A stretch of 64,000 nucleotides of DNA. Source: Candidatus Omnitrophota bacterium (lineage in GTDB: Bacteria > Omnitrophota > Gorgyraeia > Zapsychrales > Fredricksoniimonadaceae). This document shows positions 19,862 through 29,365 of this stretch, piece by piece (position 1 is the stretch's first letter; each line of letters begins with the position of its first letter). The position numbers were made by a program, and so were the translations under genes. The notes beneath the pieces are model-generated. The model saw only the letters and a list, made by a program, of their open reading frames with translations, was not told the origin of the DNA and made no database searches. The DNA is taken from assembly GCA_903944345.1 (NCBI GenBank), contig CAJARJ010000002.1, positions 65,969 through 129,968 on the forward strand, in the 5' to 3' direction.

Positions 19862-20700
19862 GTCAATTGACGCTTGATATAACGCCGGGTATTGCGCTGG
19901 ATAAGATCCCTGGAGCGCTGCAAATCATAAGCTCCGCAAAGAAAACCGGTAATCTCCGGCACTCCGATCATTTTGGCGGCGGAAGCAGACAATTTCAGCT
20001 CCTGCAAAGCTTTTATCTCCTCGACCAGTCCAAGGGCGAACATATCCTCAACCCGGGCATCAGCCCGTGCGTAAAGTTCCTCCCGGGGACGATCCAGAAA
20101 AAACAATCTTACCCGATAACGCCCCCCCCACAGGCCAACCCTTTCTCCCTGCAGGGAAGAAAGCGTGCGTCCTTCCAGGGCAAATATCTCCAGTGCACGA
20201 ATAATCCGCTGACGATCATTGGTCTTGATCTTTGCCGCCGAGACCGGATCAACCGCGCACAGCCGGTCATACAAGCATGAACAGCCGCGCCGCGCACATT
20301 CGTCCTCGAGCGCCTGACGCAAGGCCGGATCCGGTTGACGGGAGGATTCGAATATCCCGTCCAGAAGAACCGCCATATACATCCCGCTGCCTCCGCAGAA
20401 TACCGGCAAACGGCCACGGGACAAAACATCCTCAAAAGCAGAACAGGCTAGCGTACGGTAACGCCCTGCATTGAAAAGCTCCTCAACCGAAACACAACCG
20501 AAAAGATGATGCCTGACGGCTGCCATAGCCGCAGCAGAAGGCCGGTCACTGGCAATCCGGATTTCCCGATAGACCTGCAAAGCGTCACAGGAAATAATTT
20601 CCCCCTGCAGACAAGCGGCCAGCTCAAGAGCAACGGCGGACTTGCCCACCGCGCTGGGGCCAACAATAAAAACAATATCGCTCGATAACGATGTCTTCAC
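19759..20700 (-). CDS. miaA: tRNA dimethylallyltransferase
   Basis: P-loop GPSAVGKS near the N-terminus; MiaA length and motifs. Confidence 0.9.
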   Translation of the reverse strand: MKTSLSSDIVFIVGPSAVGKSAVALELAACLQGEIISCDALQVYREIRIASDRPSAAAMAAVRHHLFGCVSVEELFNAGRYRTLACSAFEDVLSRGRLPVFCGGSGMYMAVLLDGIFESSRQPDPALRQALEDECARRGCSCLYDRLCAVDPVSAAKIKTNDRQRIIRALEIFALEGRTLSSLQGERVGLWGGRYRVRLFFLDRPREELYARADARVEDMFALGLVEEIKALQELKLSASAAKMIGVPEITGFLCGAYDLQRSRDLIQRNTRRYIKRQLTWFRREARLEHIGIPCGQSPAQTAAFIAQRLAEV

Positions 20701-21503
20701 GGGTAAATAAGCGTAGGATAGCCCAGTCCGGCCAGCTTGGCCTCCAGAGTTACGGCATCCCGCAGATTGGAAAGACGCCCGACACGAACACGAAAATTGG
20801 TACGGCCGTCGGAAGCGCGCGATTCAACAATAAAAGCATACTCCTGTCGCCGGGTTAGCTCGTCCACCAGGCGCTGGGCCAGGGCCTTGTCCGTAAAAGA
20901 TCCAACCTGCACAGTAAAATACTGCTGCTCCTCGAGCAACTGGCGAGCCACATCGCTTTCAAACGACAAAGGATACTCCTCGGCCAACCGGCGCAATAAC
21001 TCGCCCGCCTTGACCCAACGGGCCAGCTTGAGATTTGCCCGGGCAGCTTTGAGGTAAAACGCACTGGACATGGCCGATCCTCTCCGGCGAGCCAGCGCCC
21101 GTCCGGACTCCTGCAGGGCCTTCTCATAAAAACCCTGTAAATAAAGCGCATCAATCAGTCCGGCCGTAACCTGGTCGGAAAGCTCTTCCTGCAATCGGGA
21201 GGCCTCCAGGCGGCGAAAAACATTCTCGGCTTCGGCATAACGCCCCAGGCGCAAGGCACTCAGACCGGAATAATAACGTAAGGTCGCTTCCTGCTCGGCG
21301 GAAGGACGCTCCTTGAGCAACACTCGGACAATCTCACCAACCCGGACAAAATCCCGGTTCATGAGCGCGGCCTGCAGAGTCGACAGATCTTCCTGAGCGG
21401 CCAAGACACAAAAAGCGCTAAAAAACAGCAGGCCCCCTGCGGACAAGAATCCGGCGATCAATTTTCCTGCAAAAACCGGCACACACACCCCCTTGTAAAA
21501 CAT
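20697..21503 (-). CDS. SPOR domain-containing protein with TPR-like N-terminal region
   Basis: N-terminal TM segment and helical repeats, then a C-terminal SPOR-like domain (FTVQVGSF...RVRVGRL). Confidence 0.65.
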   Translation of the reverse strand: MFYKGVCVPVFAGKLIAGFLSAGGLLFFSAFCVLAAQEDLSTLQAALMNRDFVRVGEIVRVLLKERPSAEQEATLRYYSGLSALRLGRYAEAENVFRRLEASRLQEELSDQVTAGLIDALYLQGFYEKALQESGRALARRRGSAMSSAFYLKAARANLKLARWVKAGELLRRLAEEYPLSFESDVARQLLEEQQYFTVQVGSFTDKALAQRLVDELTRRQEYAFIVESRASDGRTNFRVRVGRLSNLRDAVTLEAKLAGLGYPTLIYP

Positions 21504-21574
21504 AAACCAGGCAACTCCATAGTATACCTTTTACAAATATTTTCAACTGCAAGGAACAAAGCCACTCAGATATA

Positions 21575-22123
21575 TCAACGCAAACGGGTTCTTGAAATCA
21601 CCATAGTGCCGCGCAATTCCAGAAAAGATTCGGAATACTTCTCCAGTCGCAAACTCCGGATCTCCACACGATCACTTGCCGATCCGGTCTCGAACAAAAA
21701 CCGGGCAACCCCTTTCCATCCCCCCTCGAAAGACACCTCAAGCGGATAAATAAAATAATACTCCTCCCCGATCACTGAAGCGGGCTGAATATTGAGAATC
21801 CGCACGCCGGACTTCCTGGCCAGAGCATGAACCCGGGAAGACATCGAAGATATCTCCGCCCCCTCTCCCGATGACCTGCCAAAAACACCAGCCAGAACCC
21901 CAAGCTTCTTTTCATAAAGCTGTTCCCGCGCCAGCTCGGCCCGGGCTTCACGCAGACGAAAAGCGGCCGCTTTAATCTGATCCCGCGTTGCACTGCCATA
22001 ACCCGGCAATCCGTCAGCAAAGAAATTTCTGGCTGCGAAAAACAGACACAACACAACACAGATCAGCGCAATAAATTTTTCACGCGCGGACACCTTGATC
22101 ACAAGTCCTCCTTCATGCGACAA
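21575..22123 (-). CDS. gspM: type II secretion system protein M-like (GspM/PilO-like)
   Basis: 182 aa bitopic protein at the end of a gspC-to-L co-linear operon. Confidence 0.45.
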   Translation of the reverse strand: MSHEGGLVIKVSAREKFIALICVVLCLFFAARNFFADGLPGYGSATRDQIKAAAFRLREARAELAREQLYEKKLGVLAGVFGRSSGEGAEISSMSSRVHALARKSGVRILNIQPASVIGEEYYFIYPLEVSFEGGWKGVARFLFETGSASDRVEIRSLRLEKYSESFLELRGTMVISRTRLR

Positions 22124-23544
22124 CTAACACGAAAATAGTCGACCTCGCCACTCTCCAGAACTCGCTTGTTAATGTATTCAATACGGACATCTCCAAACAG
22201 CGGCGAAAGACCCAGCCGCTCGTAAAGAAGGTTAACGGCCTCATGGGCCGGAGAATAGCCTTCCATTGAAATTTCGCCCGCATTGCTGAAATCCAGCACC
22301 GTCAGGACAATATCCTTGCCGACCAGATCCCATATTTCCCTGAGCGCAACCGGAACCCGCATGCCGCCATAGGCCAGCAACTCCAGGCTCTGCACCTGAC
22401 GAGCTTTCTCCTTGACGCGCGCCACCTCCGGCTTTAAACGCAGCAACTCCCCGTTGAGTTGTTCCAGCTGCGCATTTTGCCGGAACCAAGGAACGCTCAG
22501 GACTCCCGCCAGGGACACGGCTCCGGCCAGACCAACCAAAAGCGAACGCCACAGCATCTGCCTGGCTGTTTTACGCAGAGCCTGCTTGCGCTGGTCTTCG
22601 GCCACCAGGTCCACCGGCAAACGACCCGGAAAAAGAGCCGCGCCAGAAACTGCAGCCAAAGAAACCTCTCCGGATAACACTTGCTCCGGCCAGGAAAAAC
22701 GGGAAGCAACAAACTTCTTCCCCGGAAGAGCCGCAACATGAACAGTCATATCCAAAACATGATCGGGCCCGAAAACAAGAACCGGATCGATCCCGGTAAA
22801 AAAACAGTAGATATTCCGGACAGAGCAATCCGGCAAGCCTTCCTTGCCACAAGCCGCAACCGTCAAAGCATACTGTCGGGCCAGCTCACGGCTGCGCGTT
22901 TCCCCTGCCACTCTCTCGTCCAGCAAGGACTGACGGCTGAAAACCAGTGCCTCCGAGCGAATAAAACATGTTTCAACCATTTCGGCATCCGCATCCATAA
23001 CAGCAAAGGCATTCTTGCCTCCGGTCAAAACCCCCCAACCGACCAGACCGACCGAAGAAATCGTCACCTGGCCCGGAAGCACACCTGCCAGCAGACACAC
23101 ATTACGATAACGTTGCACAACAACAGCCGGAACCATAACCGCCAGCAGACGAGTGTACCCGGAAGACATCTTCTCCTGCACCAGATGGTCAATCACCAGC
23201 TCCTCGCGAGTATACGGTGTATGTCCGGCAGCCTGCAACTCCACCATCCGCCGCAGTTCATCGGCATCATGTGAGGGCAAATCAAGCCGCTTGACAAGAG
23301 CATGGCGACGCTCGATCAACAAGATTATTTGATCCCCCGGAAGAGCGAGCTGACGTGCCTGTCGCCATTTGCGCAAAATAGCCGCCAACTCCTCGTCCGT
23401 CAGGCTGTCCAGCGGACAGACTCCGCACCATAACAGGGAGGAGCTTCCTGCGCTGCAACGGGAACGCGCGCCCTTGATAAAACGGGAAGAAATTTCAATA
23501 ACCGTTCTGTAGCCTGTAGCCATAACTGTTAATCCCTGTGCCAA
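22099..23544 (-). CDS. gspL: type II secretion system protein L-like (fused PilM-like cytoplasmic domain, TM segment and PilN-like periplasmic domain)
   Basis: 481 aa: actin-like N-terminal domain, one TM segment, periplasmic C-domain; occupies the L position in the operon. Confidence 0.55.
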   Translation of the reverse strand: MAQGLTVMATGYRTVIEISSRFIKGARSRCSAGSSSLLWCGVCPLDSLTDEELAAILRKWRQARQLALPGDQIILLIERRHALVKRLDLPSHDADELRRMVELQAAGHTPYTREELVIDHLVQEKMSSGYTRLLAVMVPAVVVQRYRNVCLLAGVLPGQVTISSVGLVGWGVLTGGKNAFAVMDADAEMVETCFIRSEALVFSRQSLLDERVAGETRSRELARQYALTVAACGKEGLPDCSVRNIYCFFTGIDPVLVFGPDHVLDMTVHVAALPGKKFVASRFSWPEQVLSGEVSLAAVSGAALFPGRLPVDLVAEDQRKQALRKTARQMLWRSLLVGLAGAVSLAGVLSVPWFRQNAQLEQLNGELLRLKPEVARVKEKARQVQSLELLAYGGMRVPVALREIWDLVGKDIVLTVLDFSNAGEISMEGYSPAHEAVNLLYERLGLSPLFGDVRIEYINKRVLESGEVDYFRVSCRMKEDL

Positions 23545-24545
23545 TACAGAATTTGTACACCCTGACGCCCCGCCCCGGAAAGACTGACCACTTCCTCGAT
23601 CGAAAGCCTCATACCACTGGAAGAATCGACGCCTGTCGACCGAATCCGGTATAATGTCCCGGAAGAAGACTTCGACGAAGCCATAACGCCAAGATACGCC
23701 GGCAGAGCGCAGTGCCGTTGTGGATCAACGGAGCGCTCCCGGCATTGCAAAAAGCTGCGGCTGTCCGCCGCGGCATTCGCCCCCACATAAGTGGCCGCAG
23801 CCTGAAACGCCGCCTCGACCAACAAAGCGTCCGCTTCAAAAATATTAAGCTGAAAGACACCTGTCCGTTCGTACGGATAAACTGTCAGCATGCTACGAAG
23901 CCGACGAAAAACCTCTGCGGAGACTCCCGAAACATACAACAACTCCTCAAGCGCATAAAATGGCCGGATTGTTCCTTTGCGCTCCAGGCCATTACGGAAA
24001 TCGATAATGCCGCGCACCCAGGCTTCGCCTTCCCCCGCCGCTACGCGATCCACCAGTAACCGGAGAGTATCGGCCGCAACTCCGGGGCCATCAAGCATAT
24101 TGATGTTATACCGCGCGGCTTCATCGGCCGGCCCCCAGAACATTCCGGAGTCTACGCCTGCCCGTTTAAATCCAACATCAAAATATGTCCCGGATCCCAC
24201 CGACACACCGGCATAAAGTTTCTTGCGCTCGTCATAAGACATTGCACCCGCCTGAGCCTGGACATTATTTTCGTTGAGCAACCTTTGCTCGGTTACCGCC
24301 AGCCCGGAACGTGCGGCGGCATAAGCCCGTAAACGCCCCAGAGAAATCCGCGCAAGGGACAGCTCCTCTGTCCCCAGCCGCCCAAGTCCCAAAGCCAGCA
24401 TCCCGACAAGAAACAGAATCCACAACACAGTAACAAGAATAACGCCGCGCCGGTCTTTCACATATCCCCCTGCGCAGCCAGTGTCCGGACAACCGGAAAA
24501 ACATCGACAGTCACTCTCGTCTGCGGCTGAGCAAAAAGCGAACAA
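23529..24545 (-). CDS. gspK: type II secretion minor pseudopilin GspK-like
   Basis: 338 aa with an N-terminal hydrophobic segment (ILVTVLWILFLVGMLALGL) and a large globular domain; K position in the operon. Confidence 0.5.
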   Translation of the reverse strand: MFAFCSAADESDCRCFSGCPDTGCAGGYVKDRRGVILVTVLWILFLVGMLALGLGRLGTEELSLARISLGRLRAYAAARSGLAVTEQRLLNENNVQAQAGAMSYDERKKLYAGVSVGSGTYFDVGFKRAGVDSGMFWGPADEAARYNINMLDGPGVAADTLRLLVDRVAAGEGEAWVRGIIDFRNGLERKGTIRPFYALEELLYVSGVSAEVFRRLRSMLTVYPYERTGVFQLNIFEADALLVEAAFQAAATYVGANAAADSRSFLQCRERSVDPQRHCALPAYLGVMASSKSSSGTLYRIRSTGVDSSSGMRLSIEEVVSLSGAGRQGVQILYWHRD

Positions 24546-25135
24546 CGTATCCGCACCACATCCGGCAAATGATCAGCCTTCCATTCATCGCGAAACGCCA
24601 CCCGGCCCTGGACGTCTATTTCCCCGAAGCTGAATTCTGCCCCCGGCCCGGCCAGCCCGGCGGCCACCCCCATAACCTCGACACTACCAGGAACTCGCCG
24701 CCAGAAATCCGGCAAAGCCTGGGAACTCCGCAACAGATAAAGCGATTTGGTTTCTTTGACAGAGTCCCGGGCCAGCTCACGAACATTGGAAAGGTGCCGG
24801 ACTTCCGTCGTCATTGTACGGGCCAGGTCTCCGGAAAAATATTCCACGCGCCGCAAGCCGTCCGGCTGGGCCAGATAAAACATAATCCGGCCACGCTCCC
24901 CTTCGAACGCCACCGTCCGCCCGTCAACAACCTGTGGATAAGCGAAAGCATTCTCGATCTCCCTGGCCAACATGTCAATCCCCAGGCGGATATCACGGGA
25001 AGACGCGTGCAATCTGCGGGCCGACAAATCAAAACGCAAAGCCCCGTGCAAAACTCCATACAATCCCGAGGACAACAACGCAAAAACCAACAGAGCCAGC
25101 AAAAGCTCCACCAGGGTAAACCCTTGACGCCTCAT
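24458..25135 (-). CDS. gspJ: type II secretion minor pseudopilin GspJ-like
   Basis: Prepilin-type N-terminus RRQGFTLVELLLALLVFALL. Confidence 0.6.
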   Translation of the reverse strand: MRRQGFTLVELLLALLVFALLSSGLYGVLHGALRFDLSARRLHASSRDIRLGIDMLAREIENAFAYPQVVDGRTVAFEGERGRIMFYLAQPDGLRRVEYFSGDLARTMTTEVRHLSNVRELARDSVKETKSLYLLRSSQALPDFWRRVPGSVEVMGVAAGLAGPGAEFSFGEIDVQGRVAFRDEWKADHLPDVVRIRCSLFAQPQTRVTVDVFPVVRTLAAQGDM

Positions 25136-25557
25136 TCGAGCCCCCTGCCGCTGCTATCACGAACATAGAAAACAAGCGAACGCGACTCCCCTGAAGAACC
25201 GCCGGAATAAAGCGCCAAATGAACCTGCTTTAATCCGCTGATCCCCAGCGGCTCGTCTCTGGAAGTCCGGCGAACCTGCGTACCGGAACATGACCCTTGA
25301 TCCGGCCGCACTCCCGCATAAACCGCCCCGGTACATGTCTGCAAAACAAGAAGCATCTGTGTCATCTGCGCATTGGCGGTTACGGCCCTGCGCTGCATCG
25401 CAAAAGACTGCATGACACCAACCAGTCCGACAGCCAGAACGCCGCAGGCGACCGCCGCTTCAAGCAACAACGATCCTCTACTTACCGTTGTCTTCTTCCC
25501 GGATCGTAACATGCCCGATATACTCCTGGGTTGATATGACAAACCCTGCATCCGCAC
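25132..25557 (-). CDS. gspI: type II secretion minor pseudopilin GspI-like
   Basis: 141 aa with a hydrophobic N-terminal helix LLLEAAVACGVLAVGLVGV; I position in the operon. Confidence 0.45.
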   Translation of the reverse strand: MRMQGLSYQPRSISGMLRSGKKTTVSRGSLLLEAAVACGVLAVGLVGVMQSFAMQRRAVTANAQMTQMLLVLQTCTGAVYAGVRPDQGSCSGTQVRRTSRDEPLGISGLKQVHLALYSGGSSGESRSLVFYVRDSSGRGLE

Positions 25558-25966
25558 TTCTTACAAAAAAACGCACACGGTCTATTCGACCATCGGGATA
25601 ACAAAAAACCTCCTGCGGCTGCCCGTAAAAAGAAGCCTTCGCGGGCAAAACACGCACACGGCCCGATGAACCCTCCAGATTCGAGAAAAGCGTACGCTCC
25701 GGAGATTCGGAAAAATCCACCGCCCGAAGTAATACAAACTCCCGGTCAGAAAAGTCCACCTTGTACAGGGTCTGTTCGGTCATGGCCCGCACCCGGGCAT
25801 ATCGCAGAAGATAAACTGTCTCGTCGGCTGCCCGGCGCACCTCACGCAGTTCATGGCTTCGGGAAAACAACGGACTGCCCATTGCCGATACAAGCGCAGT
25901 AATCAAAACAACCAACAATAATTCCGGCAATGTAAACGCCCGAGCATTCACTTGACGGGCGCCCAA
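25478..25966 (-). CDS. gspH: type II secretion minor pseudopilin GspH-like
   Basis: Prepilin N-terminus RAFTLPELLLVVLITALV. Confidence 0.55.
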   Translation of the reverse strand: MGARQVNARAFTLPELLLVVLITALVSAMGSPLFSRSHELREVRRAADETVYLLRYARVRAMTEQTLYKVDFSDREFVLLRAVDFSESPERTLFSNLEGSSGRVRVLPAKASFYGQPQEVFCYPDGRIDRVRFFVRSADAGFVISTQEYIGHVTIREEDNGK

Positions 25967-26382
25967 TTGGTCACATCATCCTCGCTGGCCACGCCATCTG
26001 CGCCCAGTGATGAAAGATCATAGGAATCCCGGTTCTTTTCCCCGGGAGACTTGTAAACATATTCCCGACCCCAGGGGTCACGGGGCGTGCGTCTTTTTTT
26101 AAGATACGGCCCCTTCCAGCCCGTCAGCGCAACTCCGGACGAGGGCTTCTCCAGCAAAGACGCCAACCCTTGCTCTGTGGTCGGATAGCGACTATTGTCC
26201 ATATAGAAAAGATCCAGTGCCGTAGACAGATTGGCCTCAATATCCGTCTGGGCAGCTGTCGCCCGCGCCTGCTCGCTGCGCCCGGCTATATTGGGAACAA
26301 CCATTGCCGCCAACACTCCGATAATAATGACCACCAACATGATTTCGATAAGCGTAAACCCTGATTTCCTGTCTGCACTCAT
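25948..26382 (-). CDS. gspG: type II secretion major pseudopilin GspG
   Basis: KSGFTLIEIMLVVIIIGVLAAMVVPN prepilin leader and core. Start reset to the ATG at 26382 (MSADRKSGFTLIEIM), which has an upstream GGGAGA RBS. The tracked ORF's extra 81 N-terminal residues overlap gspF and are Gly/Arg-rich junk. Confidence 0.85.
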   Translation of the reverse strand: MSADRKSGFTLIEIMLVVIIIGVLAAMVVPNIAGRSEQARATAAQTDIEANLSTALDLFYMDNSRYPTTEQGLASLLEKPSSGVALTGWKGPYLKKRRTPRDPWGREYVYKSPGEKNRDSYDLSSLGADGVASEDDVTNWAPVK

Positions 26383-26396
26383 AACAATCTCCCGGT

Positions 26397-27641
26397 TTAC
26401 TGAATCATCATATTCATCTGAAATAGCGGAAGAAGCATGGCAGCTATCATGGCCCCCACTACTCCGACAACCAGTAAAAGCACCAGTGGCCCCAGAACCG
26501 TCGTAAAAACACCTGCGGTAGCTTCCAGCTCTCTTTCCAGCGACGAGGCCAACTTGAACATCCCCTTGGAAAGCGAACCGGTCGCCTCTCCGACCGCCAC
26601 CATGCTGACCGCCGCCTCCGGCCACAAGGAAGGCTTGTTGCCCAAAGCCCCGGCAAAACTGATCCCGGATTTGACCTCGCGCAAAACATCGGCCAGCTCC
26701 TGCCTAAGGACTGTATTAGAAACCATATCCAGTGCCGTTGCCAGTGCCAGCGGAAGAGGAACTCCGCCTTCCACCAGCATGCCCAGAGCCCGGGCCACCC
26801 GGACAGTCTCCCCGCGCCGAACCAGATCAGAAAGAACCGGAACCCTTAACAAGGCCGTATCCCATAACAAACGTCCCGTGCCTTGTGAGAAATAACGCTT
26901 TCCTGCCAGAACCACCACTACCCCTACAGCAAGCACCAGCCACCAGAAATCCGCCATAAAGCGGCTCATGCCAATAACCAGCTGTGTCGCCATCGGCAAA
27001 GCCGTATCAAAATCTTCAAAAAGTACAACCAGCCTGGGCATCAGTACGGTCAGCATGACAAAAACCGTAAGAACTCCAACCAGCAGAACCATTAATGGAT
27101 ATAGCAGGCTGGCCTGAATTTTTTCCTGCAAAACAACATCTTTCTCCGTCATGCTCTGCATGCTGCTCAAGACCTCCGGCAGTCTGCCGGCAGCCTCTCC
27201 TGAACGCAACATCGGCACATAAATTGCCGGGAAGGCTTGCGGATACGCCGCCAGCGCTGCCGACAAACTCTCGCCGGAAAAAAGCCGCTGACGGATACCG
27301 GAAAGAATCTTCCTGAATTCCGGATGTGACGTGCCCCGCTCCACCAGTTCCACAGCCCCGACCACCGTCACTCCGGCGTCAATCAGATCATAAATCTGCC
27401 GGAGAAACTCGCACAGCTGACGCTGGGAAATCTTCCTGCCCCAGACAAATGCCGGCCTGCCGGAAGAAACTGCACTGCGGCGAACTTGAACCGTCTCTCC
27501 TGCACGGGCAGGACGAATTTCCAAAGGAACATACCCCAAGGCTGTAACCAGTCGTAAAGCCTCCTCGGACGTACCCGCCTCTATAACTCCACGAACCGTC
27601 TCGACAGGGTCCTTTTTGGCAATATAATAAAAACCACCCAT
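26397..27641 (-). CDS. gspF: type II secretion inner-membrane platform protein GspF
   Basis: Two GspF-type repeats with three TM segments; 414 aa. Confidence 0.9.
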   Translation of the reverse strand: MGGFYYIAKKDPVETVRGVIEAGTSEEALRLVTALGYVPLEIRPARAGETVQVRRSAVSSGRPAFVWGRKISQRQLCEFLRQIYDLIDAGVTVVGAVELVERGTSHPEFRKILSGIRQRLFSGESLSAALAAYPQAFPAIYVPMLRSGEAAGRLPEVLSSMQSMTEKDVVLQEKIQASLLYPLMVLLVGVLTVFVMLTVLMPRLVVLFEDFDTALPMATQLVIGMSRFMADFWWLVLAVGVVVVLAGKRYFSQGTGRLLWDTALLRVPVLSDLVRRGETVRVARALGMLVEGGVPLPLALATALDMVSNTVLRQELADVLREVKSGISFAGALGNKPSLWPEAAVSMVAVGEATGSLSKGMFKLASSLERELEATAGVFTTVLGPLVLLLVVGVVGAMIAAMLLPLFQMNMMIQ

Positions 27642-27650
27642 ACCATGTAC

Positions 27651-29330
27651 CTATTGGATAACCCTTAAAACTTCCTGAGCCGAAGTCAGTCCGGCTCTTA
27701 CTTTCTCCCAGCCATTGCTCCGTAGCGTTTTCATTCCGCGCTGCAAGGCCAGCTGCCGAAGTTCGGCAGCAGAAGCCCGCTGCATGATCAGTCCGCCCAA
27801 CTCATCGTTCATCATCAAAAATTCCGCAATTGCCAGCCGGCCATCATACCCGCTCATCCGGCACGACTTGCAACCGCGGGCCTCGTAAATACCGGACTGA
27901 CACTCTTCTTTCGACAGGGCAAACTCCCGCTCAATCTGTGGCGAAACCGGCACAGCCACCCGACAAAGCGGACACAACCGCCGCACCAGCCGCTGGGCTA
28001 TAACTGTCTGCACTGCCGAAGCAATCAGAAACGGCTCCACTCCCATATCCAGCAGCCGGGCCACACTGCTGGGCGCATCATTGGTATGCAGTGTGGAAAA
28101 AACCAGATGCCCAGTCAAAGCCGACTGAATGGTAATCTGGGCTGTTTCCCGGTCACGAACTTCACCAACCATAAGCATATCCGGGTCATGACGCAACATC
28201 GAACGCAGTGTGGCCGCAAAGGTCAATCCGATCCCGGTATTGGTCTGCACCTGGGTAATCCCCTTGATCTGGGCTTCGACCGGGTCTTCGACCGTGATAA
28301 TCTTGTTCGACTCCGCATTGACCGCCGCCAGACAGGCATACAAAGTTGTTGTTTTACCGGATCCGGTCGGACCGGTCACAAATATAATCCCGTGTGGGCG
28401 GGCTAGGGCATTCTTGAGCCAGACCAGTTCCTGTCCGGTAAACCCCAGCTCTTCAAGGCTGTAAAGCCGCACCGCATTAAGAATACGGATGACCACGCTC
28501 TCACCCAAAGGCGTGGGCAGAAAAGAAACACGTAAGTCCATATCGCGACCTTCAATCTGGACATAAATACGCCCATCCTGAGGTAAACGCTTCTCGGCGA
28601 TATTCAGATTAGCCATAATCTTGATGCGCGAAATCAGAATATCCCGGAAATAGCGCAAATTCTCCGGAGCATTGGCATCCCGCAGGACGCCGTCGATCCG
28701 GTAACGGATACGCAATTCATCCTCAAAAGATTCGATATGAATATCTGAAGCACGGTCATTGTGCGCCTGCAGCAGCATCTGATTAAAGAACCGACTGATG
28801 CTGGCCTCCGAACCGTCCGCATCAATCGCTTCAACCGAAAGACGGTCTTCCTGCTCCTCCCGTCCGGTCATCATCCGATCAACCGCGTCCGCCCCAAGAC
28901 CATAATGAACCCTTAGAGCTTCCAGAACCTCTTTCTCCGAAGCCATCACCGGATTGACACGACACCCCGCAACAAGAGCCACACCATCAATAACTTCAGC
29001 ATCCCGGGGATCGGACATGGCCACACAAAGAACCCGCCCGTCATAGCGTAGAGGCAAAACCTTGAAGTGATTGGCAAACTTGACCGGCAGGCGGGCCAGG
29101 GCTTCCGGCTGAGGAACAATATCCCGAACGTGCTCGAAATCAACGCCGATCTGGTGTGCTGCCAGGGCCAGGGACAGAGATTCTTCCGGCAGCATTCCCG
29201 GCCGGGCCAGAACATCCTCCAGACTGGCTCCGGAAGACTTCTGCAAAACCAATACCTGCTCCAGCTGTTCTGCGGACAACCAGCCTTTCGCAACCAGAAG
29301 CTCTCCGAAAGATCTTTGCAATGACAACAT
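27651..29330 (-). CDS. gspE: type II secretion ATPase GspE
   Basis: GspE_N domain, Walker A GPTGSGKTTT, Asp/His boxes, and a tetracysteine motif (CPLC...CKSC). Confidence 0.92.
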   Translation of the reverse strand: MLSLQRSFGELLVAKGWLSAEQLEQVLVLQKSSGASLEDVLARPGMLPEESLSLALAAHQIGVDFEHVRDIVPQPEALARLPVKFANHFKVLPLRYDGRVLCVAMSDPRDAEVIDGVALVAGCRVNPVMASEKEVLEALRVHYGLGADAVDRMMTGREEQEDRLSVEAIDADGSEASISRFFNQMLLQAHNDRASDIHIESFEDELRIRYRIDGVLRDANAPENLRYFRDILISRIKIMANLNIAEKRLPQDGRIYVQIEGRDMDLRVSFLPTPLGESVVIRILNAVRLYSLEELGFTGQELVWLKNALARPHGIIFVTGPTGSGKTTTLYACLAAVNAESNKIITVEDPVEAQIKGITQVQTNTGIGLTFAATLRSMLRHDPDMLMVGEVRDRETAQITIQSALTGHLVFSTLHTNDAPSSVARLLDMGVEPFLIASAVQTVIAQRLVRRLCPLCRVAVPVSPQIEREFALSKEECQSGIYEARGCKSCRMSGYDGRLAIAEFLMMNDELGGLIMQRASAAELRQLALQRGMKTLRSNGWEKVRAGLTSAQEVLRVIQ

Positions 29331-29365
29331 TATGATAGCCCCGGAATATTCTCGTCCAGAAAGAA

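Noticed and set aside
26383-26625. 81-codon N-terminal extension of the gspG ORF in the track
   Set aside because: The extension overlaps the gspF 3' end and is Gly/Arg-rich with no similarity to anything. The conserved prepilin leader starts at the internal ATG, which has a good RBS.
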